From an uncultured Actinomycetota bacterium (lineage in GTDB: Bacteria > Actinomycetota > Humimicrobiia > Humimicrobiales > Humimicrobiaceae): a DNA stretch of 38,214 bases. The notes under the pieces are model-generated. The model searched no databases and was not told the origin of the DNA. It was given only the letters and a program-made list of their open reading frames with translations. Location of the stretch: NCBI GenBank assembly GCA_964578525.1, contig CAZODG010000001.1, positions 1-38,214 on the forward strand. The letters run 5' to 3'. Positions 1 through 9,541 of this stretch are shown here, piece after piece. The first letter of the stretch is position 1. Each line of letters opens with the position of its first letter. Both the position numbers and the translations under genes were made by a program.

Positions 1-228
1 CCTGCTTATTGCGTCATCTAATTCATTAAGTAAAGTCTCTCTGTTGTGCCCGGTTTGTTGCCCGCTTTCGACACTTTCTCCCTTAAATAAATCCACAATG
101 GATACTTTATTGATCACAGCCAGAATTCCAAGCATGCTTGCTCCGCCGACAACTAAAATAATTATTACTACAAGTATTATTATCAGACTTTTCACAAAGA
201 AAGATCTGAACTCGCTTCCTTCATCCAT
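1..228 (-). CDS. Partial CDS (N-terminus only, continues off the left edge): single-TM membrane-anchored protein of unknown function
   Basis: Hand translation of the reverse strand: ATG at 228-226, then 76 open codons to position 1 (MDEGSEFRSFFVKSLIIILVVIIILVVGGASMLGILAVINKVSIVDLFKGES...). It has one clear hydrophobic segment and starts 36 nt downstream of the solute-binding protein stop on the same strand. It is absent from the ORF track because it has no stop inside the window. Confidence 0.35.
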   Translation of the reverse strand, partial: MDEGSEFRSFFVKSLIIILVVIIILVVGGASMLGILAVINKVSIVDLFKGESVESGQQTGHNRETLLNELDDAISR

Positions 229-264
229 TTTAATTTCTACCTGCTGTTTTAGGACTTCAAATAT

Positions 265-1629
265 TTATTCTTCTTCTGTTTCTTCAATAGAAATATCGCC
301 GGATCTTAATCTCAGCGCATCCTCCTGGATTTTTAACGCTGCATCTTCGGGAAGCACGCCTCCGGATATAACACTTTCGATATTATCCCTTATTGCATCT
401 CGTATCACCATTATGAGTTCTTCATCAGGCTTTCCCCTGCATATCTTTGCCTGCTGAAAAGCATTATAAATAATTTCATTATTTATAATTGTCCCGTTTC
501 TATCGATATTTTTTAAAACCGGGAAAGTGTCTGTTGCTGTGGTCCAGCCTATTTGAACTTCTTCAGATATCATATATTGTATAAAATCATTTACCGCTGC
601 AAGTTCATTGCCATAACAATTGACATTTATCATAAAACCAAGACCTGAAATTATGGGGGTAGGATACCTGTCGCCCTGCCAAACCCGGGGAATTTTTGCT
701 ATGCCCGTGTCTAATCCCGCTTCTCTATATTCATCTATCATCTGGATATTATCGATTATCATGTGAACATTTCCACTTTTAAATAATTCATTTATCTCTC
801 CATATTCCATATTAAAGGGCATTATTCTTTCTTCATTGTATATATAGGATAAAAATTCAAGTGTCTTTACAGTTGCCTGATTATCCAGTGTAAGCGAATT
901 GGTACTGTAATCGACTATCCAGTCCTCATATCCTCCTATAAAAGGTATTATCCAGTCGGCTGCACCGGTATTTAACAGCAGTCCGTAAATATCTGATGCA
1001 GGATCATTTACCTCTTTGCAATATTCGATAACTTCCTCAAAACTCGCAGGGGGTTCGTCTATCAGGTCCTTATTATAAAAAAGCGTCAAAAAATCAAAAC
1101 TTCTAAAAGGAATCATATAATTTCTGGAGTTATACATGGAAATCTCGACAAGACCATCTATGAATAAAGAATAATCTGCTTCATCTATTATTTCTTTTAC
1201 CACGCTTCCGGGAACAAGTCTTTGTATACCATTAAAATTCAGCAGCAATAATTCGGGTCCTGCACCGGCAAGACTTGCAGCTTCGAATTGATCTTCAAGC
1301 TCCTCCTGACTTCTGAAATGCCTTGTCTCTATCTCGATATAACCACTTTCAGTAACAAAATTATTCACATTCTCCATCAGGGTCAGCCTCTCTTTGGGGC
1401 CAAGGCAGTCCCATAGAGTTATAGATGCTTCAAGTCCCCCTCCGTCTGTCTGTTCGCCTTCTCCATTTTCGCCTGTTTCCTCTTCCTCTGTTCCCGTTTC
1501 TGTTTCTGTTATAGGACTGAATAAATTACAGGATACGGTGCTTAATAATAAAAAAAGGGCAAATATTAAAGAAATTATTGATAATCTTAATGATCTTCTG
1601 TCTTTTAAACTGGACATATTCCCAACCAT
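265..1629 (-). CDS. Extracellular solute-binding lipoprotein, sugar ABC (maltose/oligosaccharide-binding-like) family
   Basis: 454-aa ORF. The N-terminal signal peptide has a lipobox (LLLSTVSC), followed by an acidic Gly/Glu/Thr linker (TETETGTEEEETGENGEGEQTDGGG). The length and overall pattern are typical of family-1 periplasmic binding proteins. The true start may be the internal MSSLK Met. Confidence 0.75.
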   Translation of the reverse strand: MVGNMSSLKDRRSLRLSIISLIFALFLLLSTVSCNLFSPITETETGTEEEETGENGEGEQTDGGGLEASITLWDCLGPKERLTLMENVNNFVTESGYIEIETRHFRSQEELEDQFEAASLAGAGPELLLLNFNGIQRLVPGSVVKEIIDEADYSLFIDGLVEISMYNSRNYMIPFRSFDFLTLFYNKDLIDEPPASFEEVIEYCKEVNDPASDIYGLLLNTGAADWIIPFIGGYEDWIVDYSTNSLTLDNQATVKTLEFLSYIYNEERIMPFNMEYGEINELFKSGNVHMIIDNIQMIDEYREAGLDTGIAKIPRVWQGDRYPTPIISGLGFMINVNCYGNELAAVNDFIQYMISEEVQIGWTTATDTFPVLKNIDRNGTIINNEIIYNAFQQAKICRGKPDEELIMVIRDAIRDNIESVISGGVLPEDAALKIQEDALRLRSGDISIEETEEE

Positions 1630-1884
1630 TTTTATACCTTATTTCCTTAGATGACAAACTTTTATCAATTATATTATAAATAACCCATTCATTCTATATC
1701 ATAAAAGCATAAAAAATTACTGTCAAATCAAAACAGTTTTATTTCCTCGTTTGAGGTTTATTTATAACCGTAATTCACGCAGATTTCAATAATATATTAA
1801 TAAATATATATTTATTTTTTTTATAAAAAATTATAAAATTTTATAAAGAATTAAATAGGCAGGTTTATGGGGAGGTGGTTGTAA

Positions 1885-2850
1885 ATGAAGACTCTTGTGT
1901 ATAATAAAACTGAAAAAAAATTAATGGAAAGAGTCACTTTAAAAAAAATCCCCTCTTACATTAACGATCCCGAATATCTTCTCTGGACCGATATAGAGAA
2001 TCCAAGCAAAGAAAACATGCAATTTCTTGTAGAGCACTTTCATTTTCATCCTCTTGATATAGAAGACTGCCTCAGCATCATAGAAAGACCTAAATTAGAT
2101 GAGTACGATGACTACTTCTTTCTGGTAATGCATATACCTTTTTTCATTAAACAAACCAGAAGATTGGTACCCTTTACCGTTAATATTTTTATTGGAAACA
2201 ACTTTCTTGTAACTGTCCATCGTGGTTTGTGCAAACCAATACAGGATACTTTCGAATACCTATCTAAAAACAATCAAATCCTGGATAAAGGATCCGGTTA
2301 CCTTCTTCATAAAGTCATCGATTCACTTATTGACTACAATTTTCCCATACTCAATAAAATTTACAGAAATATACAGGATATTGAGGATGCCATCTTCAAA
2401 AAAGCCAGCAGTAAAAATGTCAAAGAGATACTGCTTATAAGAACCAATATCCTGACATTCAGAAATATCATCTATCCCCAGAGAAAGCTGCTTAAAACCC
2501 TGGAAATCAAAGATATGGACTTCTTAATAGAAGCTCTGGAGGTTTATTTTAGCGATCTTGTCGATCATGTGGAAAAAATCTGGGACACTCTTGAAAATTA
2601 TAAGGAACTTGTAGAAGGTGTGCATGATGCTCATCAATCATTATTGTCCAATAAGATCAATGATATCATGCGCATACTCACAATCTTTTCCGTAGTAATC
2701 CTACCTCTTACTCTTATATCGGGAATTTATGGAATGAATGTCTCGCTCCCTCTGGGAAGTCATGCTTTTGCTTTTGTTATTATTGTGATTACAATGTTCT
2801 TGATTTCCATAGGTATGCTGGTTTATTTCAAATATAAAGACTGGATATGA
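1885..2850 (+). CDS. corA: CorA-family magnesium/cobalt transporter
   Basis: 321 aa. It has a soluble N-terminal domain plus two C-terminal TM helices, with the signature YGMN motif (SGIYGMNVSLP) between them. A GGAGG Shine-Dalgarno lies upstream. Confidence 0.85.
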   Translation: MKTLVYNKTEKKLMERVTLKKIPSYINDPEYLLWTDIENPSKENMQFLVEHFHFHPLDIEDCLSIIERPKLDEYDDYFFLVMHIPFFIKQTRRLVPFTVNIFIGNNFLVTVHRGLCKPIQDTFEYLSKNNQILDKGSGYLLHKVIDSLIDYNFPILNKIYRNIQDIEDAIFKKASSKNVKEILLIRTNILTFRNIIYPQRKLLKTLEIKDMDFLIEALEVYFSDLVDHVEKIWDTLENYKELVEGVHDAHQSLLSNKINDIMRILTIFSVVILPLTLISGIYGMNVSLPLGSHAFAFVIIVITMFLISIGMLVYFKYKDWI

Positions 2851-2851
2851 A

Positions 2852-3655
2852 TCAAACCGGTTCCCTGATTTCATCTTCAAAAAATACCTCAAAGCCATAA
2901 TGAGTAAAATCAGGTAAATACTCGTCAAGCAACAATTTTAATGTAAACCGTTGTTCCCCTCCGGGGTTCATTTCTTCCCGGGGTAAATAACATTGTTTAA
3001 TAAAAACGACCTGATCTTTATCATTATAAAAGGTACAAAAAAGTTTTATATTCCTGATCTTCTCTTCGCCAATATTGATAACTCTGCCTTCTATAATCAG
3101 GTAATCTTCTTCATATTTATACCTTTCATTCTTTACTATGGGATTACCTTTAAACCTTTCATAATAATCCTTATAGTTGACTCCTATTTTTACAGTATAT
3201 ATCTCTATATATTTCTGCTTATCAGTAAGGTAATAATAAAATGGCAATCTGCTCCCGCTCCTGAGATAATTAACCGGTGCGGGGATGCTTGCTGACATTA
3301 TCTCGGTTCCATGTTTATCAAGGAAGTCCAGAGTGATTTCTATGTTTGTTTTGTTCGTACCAGAAATATTTTCAATTTCGCCCATTATTATCAGATCTTT
3401 ATAAATATCCAGATACAGATTGTAATTTTTTATTTTTACATCAATAGAGCTGGTATCCTCAAGCCTGATCTTTCCATATTCAAATAAATACAGACTGTCT
3501 TCACTGTCCTGATCGGCAGAATCTATCAACGGCTCGCCTGTATCGTTCTCAAACTTGCAGGATATGAAAAAAATCTGAAATAAAAAAATAGATATTAGCA
3601 GAAGAATTAAAAAAATATTGGGTGGAAGTCTTTTTGGTCCTTTGCAGGTTAGCAT
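2852..3655 (-). CDS. Hypothetical lipoprotein with two tandem beta-sandwich-like (FxLYD-like) repeats
   Basis: 267 aa with a signal peptide and lipobox (IFFISC). Two internally similar segments are visible: IIMGEIENISGTNKTNIEITLDFLDKHGTEI and IIEGRVINIGEEKIRNIKLFCTFYNDKDQVV. The start overlaps the panD stop (3649-3655), suggesting translational coupling. Confidence 0.55.
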   Translation of the reverse strand: MLTCKGPKRLPPNIFLILLLISIFLFQIFFISCKFENDTGEPLIDSADQDSEDSLYLFEYGKIRLEDTSSIDVKIKNYNLYLDIYKDLIIMGEIENISGTNKTNIEITLDFLDKHGTEIMSASIPAPVNYLRSGSRLPFYYYLTDKQKYIEIYTVKIGVNYKDYYERFKGNPIVKNERYKYEEDYLIIEGRVINIGEEKIRNIKLFCTFYNDKDQVVFIKQCYLPREEMNPGGEQRFTLKLLLDEYLPDFTHYGFEVFFEDEIREPV

Positions 3656-4032
3656 TGGTCGTCTTTCCCCACATGACTTTCTTCACCGGTAATTTTGTTT
3701 TTATCGTTTACATATACAATTTTTGGCAGGTGCCTGGCAGCCTTATCCTCCTCTATGTAAGTAAAAGATAAAATAATGATCTTTTCTCCCCTGAGTATCT
3801 TCCTCGCAGCTGCTCCGTTTATGCAAATTTCACCGCTATTCTCTTTTCCCTCTATAACGTATGTTTCCAGTCTCTCACCGCTGTCAAGGCTTACTACCAG
3901 GACTTTTTCGTAAGGATATATCTTTGCGTGTTCCATTAATTTTTTATCTATGCTTATGCTCCCCATATACTCGATTTCCGCATCAGTCACAGTTGCCCTG
4001 TGAATCTTACTTTTTAAAATACAGACTATCAC
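3649..4032 (-). CDS. panD: Aspartate 1-decarboxylase (pyruvoyl-dependent)
   Basis: 127 aa beginning MIVCILKSKIHRATVTDAEIEYMGSISID. It carries the conserved KSKIHRATVT motif and the Gly-Ser self-cleavage site. Confidence 0.9.
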   Translation of the reverse strand: MIVCILKSKIHRATVTDAEIEYMGSISIDKKLMEHAKIYPYEKVLVVSLDSGERLETYVIEGKENSGEICINGAAARKILRGEKIIILSFTYIEEDKAARHLPKIVYVNDKNKITGEESHVGKDDQC

Positions 4033-4078
4033 TTTTTTCTCCTCTGCAATCCATGTTTATTTTAAATCAATATCACTT

Positions 4079-4936
4079 TTATACTTTTATTATCATGTTG
4101 TCAATCAGTCTGGTCCTTCCAATCCGGACTGCAGCCGCAGCCAGTATGTTTCTATTATCCCTATTTACTCTTTTTATATGTTCAAGCGTCTCTGGATCTC
4201 TAAAATCAAAATAATCTACTTTTTTTACAAATCTGTTTTTTTTCAATTCGGTCATAATTGTTTTTCTTATTTTCTCCAGGTCTTTCTCCCCTTTTTTAAT
4301 CATATTCTTTGCTTCAGTCAGGCACCCGAATAAGACAGCAGCATTTTTTCTCTCTCCGGCAGAAAGATACTTATTTCTGGAACTTAAAGCAAGCCCGTCT
4401 TTTTCTCTTATGGTGGGACAGCCCGTGATTTTGACATCAAGGTTCATATCGCAAACCATTCTTTTTATTATTACCAGCTGCTGATAATCTTTTTGCCCGA
4501 AATATGCCCTATCGGGCCTTATAATATTAAAAAGCTTCAGAACCACCGTGGCCACCCCTGAGAAATGACCGGGCCTGTATTTTCCGCACATAATGTCTCC
4601 GAGTTCCTTCACCTCTACTGTAGTCCTAAAACCCGAATCATACATTTCCTTTGCCGCCGGGTAGAATATATAATCCACTCCTCCGTTTTCCGCCAGAAAT
4701 GCGTCTCTTTTGATATCTCTTGGATAGTTTTTAAAGTCCTCGCCGGGACCAAATTGTATCGGATTAACGAAAATACTTATAAATACCCTGCCGCATTCTT
4801 TCTTTGCTTTTCTTATAAGGCTCAGATGCCCTTCATGTAGAAAGCCCATTGTAGGAACAAGGCCTATTGTAAGACCTCTCTTCTTAATATTATCTACTAT
4901 CGATTTGCATCCGGTTATTTTTTTTAATATTTCCAT
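4079..4936 (-). CDS. panC: Pantoate-beta-alanine ligase (pantothenate synthetase)
   Basis: 285 aa with PTMGFLHEGHLSLI (HIGH-type nucleotidyltransferase motif) and FGQKDYQQ, both typical of PanC. Confidence 0.92.
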   Translation of the reverse strand: MEILKKITGCKSIVDNIKKRGLTIGLVPTMGFLHEGHLSLIRKAKKECGRVFISIFVNPIQFGPGEDFKNYPRDIKRDAFLAENGGVDYIFYPAAKEMYDSGFRTTVEVKELGDIMCGKYRPGHFSGVATVVLKLFNIIRPDRAYFGQKDYQQLVIIKRMVCDMNLDVKITGCPTIREKDGLALSSRNKYLSAGERKNAAVLFGCLTEAKNMIKKGEKDLEKIRKTIMTELKKNRFVKKVDYFDFRDPETLEHIKRVNRDNRNILAAAAVRIGRTRLIDNMIIKV

Positions 4937-4987
4937 TTTAGAAAATTAAAAAACCCTTACGGCCGAACAGAGATTTATTTTTATTTT

Positions 4988-5788
4988 TTAATAAGAATGT
5001 TCGTCTGAGGGAAATTTCTTATTTTTAACTTCTTCTATATATTTCATGTAGCATTTCTTCATTTCTGTTCCCAATTCAGCATACCTCTTTGAAAACTTCG
5101 GTTTAAATTCTTCAAAAAATCCAAGCATGTCGTGAGTCACAAGCACCTGGCCGTCGCAGTCTACTCCTGCCCCTATTCCTATCGTAGGAACGCTGATCTT
5201 TCGTGTTATCTTTTTTGCAAGCTCTGCCGGAATCTTCTCCAACACAATCGAAAATACTCCGGCTTCCTCAAGTGTACCGGCATCTTCTATCATCTTTTTA
5301 GCCTGATCTTCGTCTTTCCCCCTGACGCCATAACCGCCTAACTTATAAACAGATTGCGGAGTAAATCCCAGATGCCCCATTACCGGAATTCCTGAATCGA
5401 CTATTTTCTTTATGGTCAAAAGGATTTCTTTCCCCCCTTCAAGTTTTACTGCTTCGGCTCCGGCTTCTTTTAAAAATCTTCCGGCATTTCTTACTGCCTC
5501 GGTAACACTTGCCTGATAAGACATAAATGGCATATCTCCTATTACCATTGCCCTTTCCGCGCCGCGGCAGACTGCTTTACAATGATGGATCATTTCATCC
5601 ATCGAGACCGGTATAGTATTTTTATATCCCAGCAGTACATTTGCCACAGAATCTCCCACTAGTATCAAGTCTATACCGCACTCGTCCAGCTGCGATGCCA
5701 TCAGACAATCATATGCGGTTAGCATTGTTATTTTTTCGCCCTTCTTTTTCATCCCAACAAGATCTTTTGTCGTTATCTTTTTCAACAT
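4988..5788 (-). CDS. panB: 3-methyl-2-oxobutanoate hydroxymethyltransferase
   Basis: 266 aa with [21 protein letters not shown] and VKLEGG motifs characteristic of PanB. Confidence 0.92.
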   Translation of the reverse strand: MLKKITTKDLVGMKKKGEKITMLTAYDCLMASQLDECGIDLILVGDSVANVLLGYKNTIPVSMDEMIHHCKAVCRGAERAMVIGDMPFMSYQASVTEAVRNAGRFLKEAGAEAVKLEGGKEILLTIKKIVDSGIPVMGHLGFTPQSVYKLGGYGVRGKDEDQAKKMIEDAGTLEEAGVFSIVLEKIPAELAKKITRKISVPTIGIGAGVDCDGQVLVTHDMLGFFEEFKPKFSKRYAELGTEMKKCYMKYIEEVKNKKFPSDEHSY

Positions 5789-5803
5789 GGCAATATTCCC
5801 TTT

Positions 5804-6721
5804 CTATTTCTTGAGTATTTCCCTTAACTCCTCTGCTGTGTTTTTATCTATCCATTTATTTTGATGTGCAATTTTACTCGTCTCCATTCCCATAGTTTTA
5901 TACAAATCAGCGTACTCTTTCGGAAAAAATTTGTTAAAACCTGCAATATGTTTCTTTATGGTTCCCTTATCCCCTCTTGCTATCGGGCCGGTCAGTGATT
6001 TCTTTGTTCCCATTTTCTTTATGTTATCTACTGTCCCCTCCGCCAGACTTATTAAACCTTTTAATGAGTCCTCCGGCTTTATCCCTATCTTTTTGTGTAT
6101 CGATACGGCATAATCCATAAGAGTTACAAGATAGTTTGAAGCGATGCATGCTGCTGCATGATATAGTGGTTTTTTTTCGTTTTCTACTACGATGGTTTCC
6201 CCTCCGAGAGTTTTCACCAGAAATTCCGCTATTTTCTTTGATTTTATACTTGAAAAAGTCACTCCGAATACGGTTCCCGGCATAGATTTTATGGCTTCTT
6301 CTACAGAAGCAAAAGATTTTAACGGATGCATGGATGCAGTTTCGGCTCCTGCGTCTCTAGCAGAATCCAGAACCGCAAGCGTCCTGGATCCGCTGAAATG
6401 AAATACATAATAATCTTTCAGATAACTCTTTTTTTTGTTTTTAAAAATATTATCGCAAACCGCACTTATAGAATCATCCGGAGTGCATATTAAAATACAA
6501 TTTGCAAGTGCCGCTGCTTTAGCATTGTCCCTGGTGAAAATCATATCAGCGGCTCTGCCTCCTAAAAATTTCCTTGCTCTCTTTAAAGATTCCGCCGATC
6601 TCGAGGAAATGGCCTTTACTTTTACGCCCGGTGATTTTTTTAAGGCAAGCATGTAACATATAGTTATACCAACTCTTCCCGCACCAATGACGCATAGACT
6701 TATATTTGTTATTTTTTCCAT
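5804..6721 (-). CDS. Rossmann-fold oxidoreductase with DUF2520-like C-terminus; putative PanG-type ketopantoate reductase
   Basis: 305 aa with an N-terminal dinucleotide-binding motif (CVIGAGRVG). The length and architecture fit the Rossmann+DUF2520 family. It lies directly upstream of panB-panC-panD on the same strand, and no panE is present in the window. The PanG assignment rests on family recollection and context, not on a search. Confidence 0.5.
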   Translation of the reverse strand: MEKITNISLCVIGAGRVGITICYMLALKKSPGVKVKAISSRSAESLKRARKFLGGRAADMIFTRDNAKAAALANCILICTPDDSISAVCDNIFKNKKKSYLKDYYVFHFSGSRTLAVLDSARDAGAETASMHPLKSFASVEEAIKSMPGTVFGVTFSSIKSKKIAEFLVKTLGGETIVVENEKKPLYHAAACIASNYLVTLMDYAVSIHKKIGIKPEDSLKGLISLAEGTVDNIKKMGTKKSLTGPIARGDKGTIKKHIAGFNKFFPKEYADLYKTMGMETSKIAHQNKWIDKNTAEELREILKK

Positions 6722-6759
6722 GGTTTTATTTTCGCTTTTATTTCCCGGCCGTTTATATC

Positions 6760-7869
6760 CTAGGAGACCCTGATGGGCATAAGCAAATAAATCAAGCCTT
6801 TGTTTTTTTCAGATTTTATTAAAATAGGTTTAAGAGGTTCCTCTATCGAGAATATTATATTCTTCTCATCCATTATATTTATACCGTCGATTAAAAATTC
6901 GGGGTTAAAGGCTATTTCCATTTTTTCTTCTCCGTATGAAACATCAAAATCCTCGCTGGAGCTTCCGATTTCCCTTATATTCATGGATACTGTTATTTTA
7001 CCCTTATCAATAGTGACCTTTATTGGTATGTTGTCCTGCGAGATAGACGATATCCTCTTTACCACCTCAAGCATTTTTTCTTTATCTATTATTATATCGT
7101 GCTTCATATTCTGAGGAATAAGCTGTTTGTATTCTGGAAATTTCCCGGAGAGCAATCTTGACACCATTATGATCTTTTTTTTACTGGCACTTTCCATGTA
7201 GAAACTTGCCTGGTTTTCTTCGATGTTTATTTCTATGTCTCCGTCCTTAAATTCACTTTTTACAATATTATCAAGAACCTTTGAAGGTACCACAACTTTT
7301 ATCGGTTGTCTTCCGCCGCCTATTTTTTCTTTAACCAGGGCAAGCCTGTAGCTGTCAGTTGCCACCATGCTCAACACGTCATCCCCTATCTCCAGAAGCA
7401 CTCCTGTCAGGATTGCCCTGCTTTCGTCCAGGGATGCCGCTTTCTCCGCTTTTGATACCATTTCCTTAAATTTGTTCAGGTTCATCTTTAAAGAATTTTC
7501 TTTTTTTGTTTCGGGAAAAACCGGGTATTCTTCCAGAGATAGTGTGTTTAATGTAAAAAATGCTTTTTCGCAGCTAATTTTTACCTGGTTCTTTGCCCTA
7601 TCCAGTTCCAGCTCTATTTTTGATTCTTTAAGGCTTTTTAATATGTTTGCCAGAATCCTTGCGGGTACGACTGCTTTTCCTTTTTCAAGAATGTTTACTT
7701 CCATTGTACATTTTATGCTTGTCTCCAGATCGGTACTATATACGGTTAGGCCCTCTTCGGCATCAAGCATTATCCCGTTTAGTATAAACGATGAAACTTT
7801 GGGACTTATTGCTCTACTGGCAAATAAAATAGTTTCCAGAAGGTCGGTTCTTGTAGTTTGAAATTTCAT
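6760..7869 (-). CDS. dnaN: DNA polymerase III beta sliding clamp
   Basis: 369 aa with typical DnaN length and a three-domain repeat pattern. It sits immediately downstream of dnaA, and the C-terminal LMPIRV motif is typical. Confidence 0.9.
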   Translation of the reverse strand: MKFQTTRTDLLETILFASRAISPKVSSFILNGIMLDAEEGLTVYSTDLETSIKCTMEVNILEKGKAVVPARILANILKSLKESKIELELDRAKNQVKISCEKAFFTLNTLSLEEYPVFPETKKENSLKMNLNKFKEMVSKAEKAASLDESRAILTGVLLEIGDDVLSMVATDSYRLALVKEKIGGGRQPIKVVVPSKVLDNIVKSEFKDGDIEINIEENQASFYMESASKKKIIMVSRLLSGKFPEYKQLIPQNMKHDIIIDKEKMLEVVKRISSISQDNIPIKVTIDKGKITVSMNIREIGSSSEDFDVSYGEEKMEIAFNPEFLIDGINIMDEKNIIFSIEEPLKPILIKSEKNKGLIYLLMPIRVS

Positions 7870-8167
7870 TATAACCCTCTAATTTCTTTTAATATTTGAA
7901 ATATAAACATATTTTATTATATATAATGTTTAATTTAAATAGCTAGTAATAGTTATAATACCTGTTGAGACTGTTGGAATGGTAAAAAAGATAGTGAATT
8001 GCTGACGGTTCTACAACGACACCTGTTGATAATATGGTTCAAAGCTGTTCAAAGTCGTAAAGGAAATATATAAAAAAATGAAAACGTTTAGTTTTAAACC
8101 AAAAAAACAGTCAATTGTTAAAAACTATCTTTGTTATAAACAGGTTTTAAACATGCGAAGTAAGGTT
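7870..8167. promoter_or_regulatory. dnaA-dnaN spacer: AT-rich candidate unwinding region plus DnaA-box-like sites (second oriC module)
   Basis: About 7880-7960 is almost pure A/T. TGTTGATAA (reverse complement TTATCAACA) lies at 8024-8032, and weaker TGTTGAGAC/TGTTGGAAT lie at 7963-7980. Confidence 0.45.
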
Positions 8168-9529
8168 TTATGCAGACGTCTTTATCTTGTTGGTAATTTC
8201 CTGAATCTGCACGTAGACAGTTTTATCGGTATTTATAAGATTTGCGATTCTTGAGACTGCGTATATTACAGTTGAATGGTCACGGTTCCCAAAAGACTTT
8301 CCGATTCTGGGCAAAGAACTGCTGGTATGCTCTCTGGATAGATACATTGCCAGCTGGCGCGCATGTGATATGAATTTATTCCTTTTAGCACTTATAATAT
8401 CATTTATGGGTATGGAGAAATATCTTGATACTTCTTTAATAATTGTTTGAATACTTATTTTGTGTTCTATGTCGTCGGGTAAAATATCTTTTAGTATGTT
8501 TTTGGCCATGTTTAAATCCGGCTTGGAATCGGTAAGGGAAGCAAAAGCAACTATTCTTGTAAGGGAACCTTCCAGCTCTCTGATGTTAGAAGTAATTTTT
8601 TCGGCAATTAAATTTAATATATCATCAGAAGCCGAGATATTTTCTCTTTTAGAATAATTTTTTAAAATTGCCAGTCTTGTTTCCAGGTCCGGCGGCTTGA
8701 TATCTGTTACCAGGCCCCATTCAAACCTGGACCGGAGTCTTTCCTCAAGAGTGGAAATATTTTTTGGCGCCCTGTCGCTCGAGAGGACTATCTGCCGGTT
8801 AGTATCATGAAGAGCGTTAAATGTATGAAAAAATTCTTCCTGGCTGGCCTCCTTATCCTCGAGAAAATGTATATCATCGACAAGCAAAACATCGTTGTTT
8901 CTATAGCTTTCTTTAAAAGAAAAGATGTTTTTATAACGGAGAGCATTAATAAAATCATTAAGAAATCTTTCGGCCGAAACATATTTTATAGTTTTATTGG
9001 GATGCAGCTGCATCGTATATTGTGCGATTGCATGCAGAAGGTGCGTCTTCCCCAACCCCACTCCCCCGTAAATAAACAATGGATTATAAGCTTTACCAGG
9101 ATTCTCGCTGACCGCAAGAGAGGCGGTACAGGCAAACCTGTTGCTGCTTCCAACGATAAATGTATCAAAAGTATACTTTGAATTGAAAAGAGAATTTTTG
9201 TTTTGTTTAAAGGGATACTCTTCCTCTTTTGAGGTTTCGCCAATATAGGTATCATATTTGCCGCTGGTATTTTCGGAACTTCCGGGAGCAGTAACAATTT
9301 TTATTTTACATGAATTGTTGGTCACTCTTTTTATTGATTCGGATAGAAGATTAGAGTATCTGGACTCAAGCCACTCTTTTGCAAAGCTGCTGCCGACTGA
9401 AACCGTTAAACAGTTTTTTTTTAACGAAAGAGGTGTTATATGTTCGAACCAGGCTTTATATGTAGGGAGATTAATATTGTTTTTAATATCTTCGAGAGTA
9501 TTTTTCCAGATGTTTTGTAAGTCCGACAT
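8168..9529 (-). CDS. dnaA: Chromosomal replication initiator protein DnaA
   Basis: 453 aa with AAA+ Walker A ([13 protein letters not shown]) and Walker B (LLVDDIHF). The C-terminal domain IV HTH shows ([14 protein letters not shown]...[11 protein letters not shown]). Confidence 0.95.
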   Translation of the reverse strand: MSDLQNIWKNTLEDIKNNINLPTYKAWFEHITPLSLKKNCLTVSVGSSFAKEWLESRYSNLLSESIKRVTNNSCKIKIVTAPGSSENTSGKYDTYIGETSKEEEYPFKQNKNSLFNSKYTFDTFIVGSSNRFACTASLAVSENPGKAYNPLFIYGGVGLGKTHLLHAIAQYTMQLHPNKTIKYVSAERFLNDFINALRYKNIFSFKESYRNNDVLLVDDIHFLEDKEASQEEFFHTFNALHDTNRQIVLSSDRAPKNISTLEERLRSRFEWGLVTDIKPPDLETRLAILKNYSKRENISASDDILNLIAEKITSNIRELEGSLTRIVAFASLTDSKPDLNMAKNILKDILPDDIEHKISIQTIIKEVSRYFSIPINDIISAKRNKFISHARQLAMYLSREHTSSSLPRIGKSFGNRDHSTVIYAVSRIANLINTDKTVYVQIQEITNKIKTSA

Positions 9530-9541
9530 AGTACTCTAATC

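Noticed and set aside
44-457. Numerous ORF-track entries lie antisense to, or nested within, strongly supported genes. Examples are 44-457, 1394-1654, 2993-3295, 3861-4214, 6800-7114, 7367-7861, 8807-9181, 9783-10184, 13830-14303, 19404-19793, 20070-20531, 24148-24417, 25015-25386, 28937-29293, 29874-30209, 33801-34088 and 36420-36785.
   Set aside because: Each overlaps a gene with clear family motifs on the other strand or frame. Their translations are low-complexity (Ser/Ile/Phe/Leu-rich), with no recognisable motifs or ribosome-binding sites. They are typical shadow ORFs of AT-rich DNA.
1630-1884. Looked for an M-box (Mg2+) riboswitch or other structured leader upstream of corA
   Set aside because: The region is almost entirely A/T with TTATAAAA-type repeats. 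No GC-containing helices compatible with an M-box were seen by eye. It cannot be excluded without a covariance-model scan.
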